IMG/VR virus record: IMGVR_UViG_3300025389_001063
Strand: one strand, 5' to 3'
DNA from: a virus
Lineage: Duplodnaviria; Caudoviricetes
Length of the DNA stretch: 64,000 nucleotides
Every line of letters begins with the position of its first letter. The stretch's first letter is position 1. Below the pieces are notes generated by a model. That model had not been told where the DNA came from, ran no database searches, and saw only the letters and a list, made by a program, of their open reading frames with translations. Shown piece after piece: positions 29,733 through 36,954 of the stretch. The position numbers and the translations under genes are program-made.

Positions 29733-30856
29733 GATTAAGAGAAGTATTTGAAGATATACAAGGACCAGGAGTTACAACTGCTCCATTCTTAAAGGATGGA
29801 CCTCTTAAGGTTTCTAAACACTTTACAAGTCGTCTTAAAGAGAGAGATTTAGATCTAAAAACTGTTGCTCGTTTTATTAGCAAAGCAATTAAAAAGAATA
29901 AAGCAGAGATAGAAGCACTTCCAGTTGATACATCATTTATTCTAAAATCTAAAATAGGTTTAGGTGTTGCTATTGTTAAACAAGAAACTCCAGATGGAAT
30001 TGTATACTTGATTAATACAGCTCATCCACAATTTAGTGTTGGAGCAAATCAAGAAGTATTTTTAGGTGATAGTAAACTACTTGATAAGAAGACTCCAACT
30101 ATCGGAGAACTTGCTGAAAAATATCACACAAGTCTTATTGCTGTTGAACTTCAACTTAAAAAAGGCATCAAGGTTGAAATGGAACACACTAAGAAACACA
30201 GTGTGGCAAAAGAAATTGCTTTAGACCATTTGGGAGAAGATTTATATTATTATGAAAAATTAGCCAAAGTAGAAAAAAATGAGTCTTGTGGACCTAGTTG
30301 TACCTGTCCAAAATGTAAAGCAACAAATGAAGGTCAATTTAGAGCAGATGATGTTGAGGAATTCAAACCGAGTAAAAGTCAATTAGGCGATCTAAAATCC
30401 AAATATCTCCCAGATTGGGAAATGTTAGATCATAGAATTCTACAAGCAGATTATAATGCTAAAGATCATAGACATGCTGAAAAGTTTATTGAGAGAATCA
30501 ATAAAATTAGTGAAGAAATGGATCATTTTTGTGAAGTAACTCAAGATGTTGCTGAAGTTACAGTAAAGACTACAACATCAGATGTTAAGGGGTTAACACT
30601 TTTAGATTTCCAAATTGCCATGCGTATAGATAACTTGGCAGAGAAAATGGATATTGAACAGATCCGTTCAAAAGGTAATTTTGATGAAAACTTTGCGGAC
30701 GGAAAAGGTCCAGGTAGACCAGGAGATAGTGCTAGACACGGCATACCTAAAGGTGCTACAATAGCACAGTTAGAAAAGGCATCAAAGGCAAAAGGACGCA
30801 AAGGTCAATTGGCACGTTGGCAATTGAATATGCGTAGAGGTAAAAAGAAAGGCTAA
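29729..30856 (+). CDS. Multidomain protein including a pterin-4a-carbinolamine dehydratase-like domain
   Basis: Likely start MRLREVFE (ATGA overlap). LPDWE...F...I..ISEEMDHF.EV...V.V...T.DV.GLT.LDF.IA..ID is PCD-like; also GIKVEMEHT...EIALDHL.E...YY module and a basic C-terminal module. Confidence 0.6.
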   Translation: MRLREVFEDIQGPGVTTAPFLKDGPLKVSKHFTSRLKERDLDLKTVARFISKAIKKNKAEIEALPVDTSFILKSKIGLGVAIVKQETPDGIVYLINTAHPQFSVGANQEVFLGDSKLLDKKTPTIGELAEKYHTSLIAVELQLKKGIKVEMEHTKKHSVAKEIALDHLGEDLYYYEKLAKVEKNESCGPSCTCPKCKATNEGQFRADDVEEFKPSKSQLGDLKSKYLPDWEMLDHRILQADYNAKDHRHAEKFIERINKISEEMDHFCEVTQDVAEVTVKTTTSDVKGLTLLDFQIAMRIDNLAEKMDIEQIRSKGNFDENFADGKGPGRPGDSARHGIPKGATIAQLEKASKAKGRKGQLARWQLNMRRGKKKG

Positions 30857-30858
30857 AA

Positions 30859-31209
30859 ATGTATAACAAAGTTGATGATAGATCTGAAGAAATGTTTATT
30901 GGATGTGAATGTAATTCCCCGGCACATATTATTCGTGTTAGTTATTGGGACTGGGGATTAAAAGATTCTCCTGAATTTTATTTTGAACTCCAAAGCGATA
31001 TGCCTCATAGTTTCTTTACACGAGTAAAGAAGGCTTTTAATTATATATTCTTTGGTACTCGTTTAGATTGGCACGATGTTATTCCTAAAGCAGATGATCT
31101 TCGTAAACTCCAGATTCTTATTTCTAAATATTTAGATCGCTATGATCATTATGAGGCTCATTGTAAGATTGAATGGAAAAAGAAAAAGGAGTCAAATGAA
31201 ACTATTTGA
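30859..31209 (+). CDS. Hypothetical protein
   Basis: 116 aa; CECxxxxH near the N-terminus. Confidence 0.55.
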   Translation: MYNKVDDRSEEMFIGCECNSPAHIIRVSYWDWGLKDSPEFYFELQSDMPHSFFTRVKKAFNYIFFGTRLDWHDVIPKADDLRKLQILISKYLDRYDHYEAHCKIEWKKKKESNETI

Positions 31210-31738
31210 ACTTAATCAAAACATAGGGAAACATGTTCCTGAAATCTATGTCGACATGGATGGTGTACTTGCTGATTTCTTTGGGGAGTGGGCAAAATTA
31301 GATGGTGTAGATCATTATAAAGATATTGATAATCCAGAAGCAAAATTAGCTCTAGTTAGAGAACATCCAAACTATTGGATTAATCTTCCTGTATTACCAA
31401 ACGCAGGTAAATTAATGGGATTTATTAAAAAGAATTTTGGACACTATAATATTTGTTCAAGTCCACTTGCTGGTGATCCACAATGCGAACCACAAAAGAG
31501 ATTGTGGGTTAAGAAACATCTAGCAGGCTTTCCACCAGATCATGTAATCATTACAGAAAACAAAGCAGCATATGCTACACAAGCAGACGGATCACCAAAT
31601 ATTTTAATTGATGACTTTGGTAAAAATATTGCCGCCTGGAATAACGCAGGCGGCATTGGTATCAAACATAAAGATCATAAATTAGATAGAACTTTAAATG
31701 AATTAGCAAATTATATAAATGCTAGATCTCAAGCATAA
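31196..31738 (+). CDS. HAD-family 5'(3')-deoxyribonucleotidase-like phosphatase
   Basis: YVDMDGVLADF (DxDxV), SSP, K, LIDDFGKN; start MKLFEL with AAGGAG. Confidence 0.85.
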   Translation: MKLFELNQNIGKHVPEIYVDMDGVLADFFGEWAKLDGVDHYKDIDNPEAKLALVREHPNYWINLPVLPNAGKLMGFIKKNFGHYNICSSPLAGDPQCEPQKRLWVKKHLAGFPPDHVIITENKAAYATQADGSPNILIDDFGKNIAAWNNAGGIGIKHKDHKLDRTLNELANYINARSQA

Positions 31739-31956
31739 TCTGGATCAATATTATCTGGATCGATTTCAATAATGATTTTTCCGTCTTCGTCGTAAATCTT
31801 TACTTTATCTGCTTCTAGTTTCTTTGCAAATTCTAGTGCTTCTTCGTAAACTAAGAAAGAGAACAATTCAAGTTCTACTTCTTCACCTTCATGAAATTTA
31901 AAAGATTTCATCTTAAATGGGTACGTGTGATATCCCCAATCGATTTTTTTGGTCAT
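31729..31956 (-). CDS. Small hypothetical protein (paralog of 31984-32172)
   Basis: EEALEFAKKLEADKVKIYDEDGKIIIEI; AGGAG SD. Confidence 0.6.
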   Translation of the reverse strand: MTKKIDWGYHTYPFKMKSFKFHEGEEVELELFSFLVYEEALEFAKKLEADKVKIYDEDGKIIIEIDPDNIDPDYA

Positions 31957-31983
31957 TTATTTTCTCCTATAATTATTATATAT

Positions 31984-32172
31984 TTAAGCGTAAGTGGTAG
32001 GTGAGTCTGGAATTATTTCGTGTATTAATTCGCCAATCTCATTGTAAATTTTAACGGAATATGCTTCTACCGTTCTTGCAAAAGCAATAGCATCTTGTTC
32101 TAATTCAAAGAAAAAATGTTTAGATTCTACAATACCATTATTCCAATTAAATGTTGTAGTCTTGAATTTCAT
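31984..32172 (-). CDS. Small hypothetical protein (paralog of 31729-31956)
   Basis: QDAIAFARTVEAYSVKIYNEIGELIHEI; both proteins end in YA. Confidence 0.6.
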   Translation of the reverse strand: MKFKTTTFNWNNGIVESKHFFFELEQDAIAFARTVEAYSVKIYNEIGELIHEIIPDSPTTYA

Positions 32173-32174
32173 TG

Positions 32175-33233
32175 TTACTCTCCGTTAAAATATTTTACCC
32201 AAATATCGCGGGTGTTATTAGTATAATTAGTCAAATTCTTCTGATTTATTCCCACATTCTGCTGTGGGAAATTATATGCTTTTATAATTTGTTCAGCAAT
32301 GTTTTTACTGTCAACTGGATTAGCATTAAACTCTTTACAACTCCACGGTATTTCATTAGATCCTACAAGAGGAACACCTTGACTTATAAGATCAGCACCA
32401 ACAATATTAAATGTTTCACTGAAACTAACTTGTAAGCCAATATCCATTGTAGCACATAATTCTAGAAATTGTTCTCTAGGGCGCCACTCATGTGATATCA
32501 TTTCATGCCCACTATCTATAAGTTGAATAAACAGTCCACGTAAATTATGTAATACAGCATCCCCCTTCATTTCAATACGTCCAGCATTAATATGAAATCT
32601 TAATTTTTTATTAAGAATTTTACAAGAATCAAGTGCTCCAAATGCTTGTAATAAGTGATTTTTTAGTGGACGAACTGCACCAAAACAACAAATGTCTAGA
32701 TGTTTTTTATCTTTGTTAAATTCTTTAGTTACATAGTCTTGAGGATAGTAGTTTGGCATGTAAACTATTTTTTCTTTAATTTTATCTTTATCCCATCCCA
32801 TTTTAATTTTAGCATAAGTTTTAATTTCGTGCATCATACGTGGGGCATTAATTCCTAATATGATATTTGGAAATGTAAAATAATCTCCAATCCAATTCAT
32901 TGCGATTCCTTCGCCTGCTAGGAAAGGCATTTCACTGTGTAGTCGTATAATCCAAGTAATTTTAGGATGCAACTTTGTTAAAATATAAAATTTACTAGGA
33001 ACAACCCAAAGTGCTTCAATAATAACATGAGTTGGTCTATGCTTTGTGACTAACTTATCTATACAGTTATTATCTATTGCTACTTCCATCTCAGATTCTA
33101 TTCCAGAATCTTTTAACATTTGATCCATAAAACTGGCACTATTATAAAGTCCAGTACTTAATCCTTTTGCATTGTGTTTGACAAGGTCGTAGTCTTCTCT
33201 TCTCTTCAAAATGAATAGAACACGTTTTTTCAT
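32175..33233 (-). CDS. GT-B fold glycosyltransferase (GT4-like)
   Basis: FGAVRPLKNH and VSFSETFNIVGAD...GVPLVGS motifs; late-type ATAAATA on the minus strand at 33262-33268. Confidence 0.7.
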   Translation of the reverse strand: MKKRVLFILKRREDYDLVKHNAKGLSTGLYNSASFMDQMLKDSGIESEMEVAIDNNCIDKLVTKHRPTHVIIEALWVVPSKFYILTKLHPKITWIIRLHSEMPFLAGEGIAMNWIGDYFTFPNIILGINAPRMMHEIKTYAKIKMGWDKDKIKEKIVYMPNYYPQDYVTKEFNKDKKHLDICCFGAVRPLKNHLLQAFGALDSCKILNKKLRFHINAGRIEMKGDAVLHNLRGLFIQLIDSGHEMISHEWRPREQFLELCATMDIGLQVSFSETFNIVGADLISQGVPLVGSNEIPWSCKEFNANPVDSKNIAEQIIKAYNFPQQNVGINQKNLTNYTNNTRDIWVKYFNGE

Positions 33234-33298
33234 AAAACTCCCGTCTGTAAATCTTTCCGTCTATTTATCGACACATATATCTTTGGTGAGAAAAGAAC

Positions 33299-33305
33299 AT
33301 AAATA
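33299..33305 (+). promoter_or_regulatory. T4-late-like promoter, divergent from the GT4 promoter
   Basis: ATAAATA upstream of ATG 33328. Confidence 0.55.
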
Positions 33306-33327
33306 TTAGTAAAGAAAGGGCAGCAAC

Positions 33328-33597
33328 ATGAAAATAAAAGAACTTATCGAAGCAGCCACAGCAGGTGCTACATCCTCAGGAAGTATAGCAACAGTTGTAA
33401 GCCCACAATTAAGCCCAGGTAAAGCACGTGGCAAAACATCTTATACAGGATCACCAGGAAAAAGTGGAACAAAGGCTCCACCACAACCTAAGGTAGTACA
33501 ACCTAAATCAAAACTAGGTACTACTAAAAATGCTCTCGATATGAAGGCAAACATCTTTGGTCAACCCAAAGAAAGCGTAACAGTTATAAAGAGATAA
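33328..33597 (+). CDS. Basic low-complexity protein, putative internal head protein
   Basis: MKIKELIE|AATAGATSSGSIA. Confidence 0.6.
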   Translation: MKIKELIEAATAGATSSGSIATVVSPQLSPGKARGKTSYTGSPGKSGTKAPPQPKVVQPKSKLGTTKNALDMKANIFGQPKESVTVIKR

Positions 33598-33599
33598 TC

Positions 33600-34316
33600 A
33601 TGCTGCTACGCGATTTCGTTGAACAACATGTTTCTGATGCCGTTGTGTTCCACGATGAACTTAATCCTGTCTTTTGGACTAATAATAAAATGAAGCCTAT
33701 GATTCGCTATAAACTTTTACAAGTTGCTATGGATTTTGTCAAGTTCATAGGTGTTAAAGAATTAGGTCTCACAGATGTTATTATGACTGGATCAAACGCC
33801 AGTTACAATTATACAAAGCATAGTGATGTTGATCTACACCTTGTAGTTAAAATTCCCGATAGCGATGTATTCAAGCAATTATATGACTCCAAGAAGGGTC
33901 TTTGGAACGAACAACATGACGTTAAAATTAAAGGGTATGACGTTGAAGTTTATGTTCAAGACGCCGATGAGCCTCATATAAGTTCAGGCATGTACAGTAT
34001 ACTTAACGACGAGTGGATTAAAGAGCCAAAGCCCGTTAAGCCTAAAATTAATGATATGAGTGTTGAACACAAATATGAAGAAATTCATGCTGCTATTGAA
34101 GAAGCAGTTCATGATGGTGATAAAGCCAAGTTAGAAAAACTCAAAGACGATATTAAAAAGATGCGTCAAAGCGGTCTCCAAAAAGAAGGAGAATTTAGCG
34201 TTGAGAATTTGGTTTTTAAGATGTTGCGTAATCTAGGTGACATGGATATGTTAGTCAATGTTATAGCAAGGTTGCGTGACAAAGAACTCAGTATAGAACA
34301 CGTTCACGAGGAGTAA
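33600..34316 (+). CDS. Pol-beta superfamily nucleotidyltransferase
   Basis: TGSNASYNYTKHSDVDLH (GS...DxD) and VEVYV; MLLRDFVE N-terminus. Confidence 0.75.
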   Translation: MLLRDFVEQHVSDAVVFHDELNPVFWTNNKMKPMIRYKLLQVAMDFVKFIGVKELGLTDVIMTGSNASYNYTKHSDVDLHLVVKIPDSDVFKQLYDSKKGLWNEQHDVKIKGYDVEVYVQDADEPHISSGMYSILNDEWIKEPKPVKPKINDMSVEHKYEEIHAAIEEAVHDGDKAKLEKLKDDIKKMRQSGLQKEGEFSVENLVFKMLRNLGDMDMLVNVIARLRDKELSIEHVHEE

Positions 34317-34321
34317 TCACA

Positions 34322-34612
34322 ATGACATATGAATTTGATACACATCAGTCCACAAATAAAATTAATTGGGCTGATTTCGATCTCTTATGGGAAAATTATT
34401 ATACCGTCAGAGCCATACCTCGTGGAAATCTCAAGAAAAAAGCCTTATCCTATATCGACGAACATGAGTATAAAAACGGCTGGAGTAAGCATACACAACG
34501 TAAACTTGTGGTAAAATCAAAGAAGATCAGAAAAAGTTCCAAAAAGGCTGATCGTATGTTTGACTCGCAGTTAACCGATATGGTCAACTGGTACATCCAC
34601 TTTTACCAGTAA
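34322..34612 (+). CDS. Hypothetical protein
   Basis: 96 aa; GAGGAG SD. Confidence 0.55.
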   Translation: MTYEFDTHQSTNKINWADFDLLWENYYTVRAIPRGNLKKKALSYIDEHEYKNGWSKHTQRKLVVKSKKIRKSSKKADRMFDSQLTDMVNWYIHFYQ

Positions 34613-34614
34613 GG

Positions 34615-34647
34615 ATAAATATTAGTAAATTATAAGGATTTACTAAT
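34615..34647 (+). promoter_or_regulatory. Late promoter followed by a 10-bp hairpin overlapping the SD and start codon
   Basis: ATAAATA 34615-21; ATTAGTAAAT(34621-30)/ATTTACTAAT(34638-47). Confidence 0.55.
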
Positions 34648-36328
34648 GAACCTTTCTGACCTGTTATCTGAATCTGAAATTCAGCAACTAGACGAGTTAA
34701 AAGCAGGAAAGTATGCTCATATAGCGAGTTTATTAGGTGCTCTTGCTGCTCAACACGGTGGCAAGGCAGCTGATGCTGCTACTGTTGGTTGGAAGCAACA
34801 AGCACCACATGCTTTAGCAACATTAGCAACTTATGCCGATACTAAAAAACTAGGTGCCCTACCTGCTACATTAAGTTCTGACGAACTTAATAGAGATGAA
34901 GACGAATTAAGACGTAGAGAAAAATATAGAAAAATTGGTAGATTAGTTTCTCCTAAAGATGAAAGTTTAGACGAGGGTGTAGTTGCCCGTAGAGGCAATA
35001 AAGTAATTCTTGGTTCTCTAGAATTACAACTTTATCCAGATCATGTTTTTTATGTAGTTAATGGTGGGAAAGAAGCAGATCTAAGCATTTATAAGGACGG
35101 AGCGTTTAAGCCTCCTCGCAATAATGAAATCTATTTGAAGGATGCTGGTAAGCATGGCGTTCCAGACGTATTCTCAAAGGTAATTGCTAAATTCTTTGCT
35201 ACTCAAAGCATAGATGATGTTGTTAATGATTTAGAAACTCTATATAGAAATCATGTTAAGAAAGAAGATTTAGACGAAGGAAAGTATAATGAACTTTTCC
35301 TTAGAGGATTAGTTGGTGCTATTATGGCAGGTGGAATTTCTTATGGTATCGATTATGCCAAAGAGAAAACTGCTGATCTTGATAAAGCAGGATTACACGC
35401 ACTTTATAAAAGTATCGATCCACACGAATATAAACAACTTACACAAAAAATACCACTCAAAGACAAAAAAGGTCTTAATTCTATATTAAGCAAATTGAAG
35501 GAACATGCCATGAAAATGGAAGATCTAGATGAAGGTTGGGTATCTATTAGTGATCCTAAAACTGGTAAAACAAACACTTATGGTAAAAAGCCAAAAGAGA
35601 AACCAGAAGTCGGTGAACCAGGAACTAATTGGCAGAAACATTCTAAACAAGGTGGTAGTAAGATATCACTTACTAAACCTATTGAAGAAGGTAATAAAGA
35701 AAATAAAGCAAAGAAGAAAGAAGTTATTCCACCAAAAAGTCGTCCTAAAGATAAGATGAGTTCATTTGATCCACGTAAAGATCTTAAAATGAGAGAAAGT
35801 GAATACGACGGTGAAGGATCTTTCTTAAAGAATGAATTACAGACTATTGCTAGAGTTGCTACTCACCTTGCTCGCGATTTAGACAATGACGAGAATGTTC
35901 CAACATGGGTAATATCAAAGATATCACAAAGCAAAGGTATGCTTGTTGGTGCTATGGATTATATGATTAGCAAACATGAACGTGGTATTCAACCAATGGA
36001 TGAAGAAGAAAAGGATTGGTCAAGTCGTTATAGAGTAGGTTGTACTCTTGTTGATCGTAATTCACCTGCTGCTTCTAACAGAAATAAAAAGATCTTTAAG
36101 AATGTTTGGGTAAGAGCAGAAGACGAATTTGATGCTAAAAAAGTTGCTCAAATCTATTATCGCAAAAAAGGATACAGTGTAATTAATTGCGAAATTACAA
36201 CTCCAAATGAATCAATGAGTGAAGAAAAGCAAAGACTTGATGCTAAATGCTGGAAAGGTTATCGCAAGGCTGGAACTAAAATGAAGGGCGGCGTCAGAGT
36301 TAATAATTGTGTTAAGAGTGGAAAATAA
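34646..36328 (+). CDS. Modular protein / putative polyprotein of internal head peptides
   Basis: Unrelated 40-100 aa modules separated by LDE|G, IEE|G, MRE|S, MDE|E and MSE|E. Confidence 0.55.
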   Translation: MNLSDLLSESEIQQLDELKAGKYAHIASLLGALAAQHGGKAADAATVGWKQQAPHALATLATYADTKKLGALPATLSSDELNRDEDELRRREKYRKIGRLVSPKDESLDEGVVARRGNKVILGSLELQLYPDHVFYVVNGGKEADLSIYKDGAFKPPRNNEIYLKDAGKHGVPDVFSKVIAKFFATQSIDDVVNDLETLYRNHVKKEDLDEGKYNELFLRGLVGAIMAGGISYGIDYAKEKTADLDKAGLHALYKSIDPHEYKQLTQKIPLKDKKGLNSILSKLKEHAMKMEDLDEGWVSISDPKTGKTNTYGKKPKEKPEVGEPGTNWQKHSKQGGSKISLTKPIEEGNKENKAKKKEVIPPKSRPKDKMSSFDPRKDLKMRESEYDGEGSFLKNELQTIARVATHLARDLDNDENVPTWVISKISQSKGMLVGAMDYMISKHERGIQPMDEEEKDWSSRYRVGCTLVDRNSPAASNRNKKIFKNVWVRAEDEFDAKKVAQIYYRKKGYSVINCEITTPNESMSEEKQRLDAKCWKGYRKAGTKMKGGVRVNNCVKSGK

Positions 36329-36564
36329 TGGCAAACCTAACAGTACAAACACCTTACAATCCAAATAGACCAACTAACCCAGAAGATCCAAATGGTATTG
36401 CTCATGCTGAAAGTGCTAATCCCGCTGATACACAGAAGGATCGTGCCGCAGCAAAGAAGTCTTGGGCACAATATGTCCAAGATTGGAAAGTAGCACAACA
36501 AACAGGTGATAGTTCAGGTCCAGCACAGTTTCCAACAGGAACAGTAATTTATCCAAACGATTGA
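36328..36564 (+). CDS. Hypothetical protein
   Basis: 78 aa; overlaps the upstream stop. Confidence 0.55.
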   Translation: MANLTVQTPYNPNRPTNPEDPNGIAHAESANPADTQKDRAAAKKSWAQYVQDWKVAQQTGDSSGPAQFPTGTVIYPND

Positions 36565-36569
36565 TTAAA

Positions 36570-36576
36570 ATAAATA
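36570..36576 (+). promoter_or_regulatory. T4-late-like promoter
   Basis: ATAAATA, AAGGA SD, ATG 36596. Confidence 0.5.
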
Positions 36577-36595
36577 CACTAACAAGGATTTTATT

Positions 36596-36946
36596 ATGAA
36601 AGTAGACGAATTAATCAAAACCATCCTTAACATGGTAGACAAACAGGAAAATCCTGAAGGTGTTGTTAAGACCGATGCTGATACAAAGCGTCTAAAGCCA
36701 GTAGAAATTAAGAATCAAAAAGGTGCTGAACAGGCAGCCGAAGCAGGCGATCACAATGCTCAAAAGAAATGCGATGGTCAGCAAATAATGACTTTTCCGC
36801 TACAACAAAAACACGAACTATTAAAGAAAACAGTTGATGTACCTAATCAATTTGATAAACAAGAAAATGATGAATTAAACCGTATTAAGAAAATGGCAGG
36901 TCTAACAATTATACATCACGATGATTCAACACCATTTGATGATTAA
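36596..36946 (+). CDS. Hypothetical protein
   Basis: MKVDELIK N-terminus; [12 protein letters not shown] resembles ELQKLAGI of gene 29529. Confidence 0.6.
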   Translation: MKVDELIKTILNMVDKQENPEGVVKTDADTKRLKPVEIKNQKGAEQAAEAGDHNAQKKCDGQQIMTFPLQQKHELLKKTVDVPNQFDKQENDELNRIKKMAGLTIIHHDDSTPFDD

Positions 36947-36954
36947 GGAGTCTA

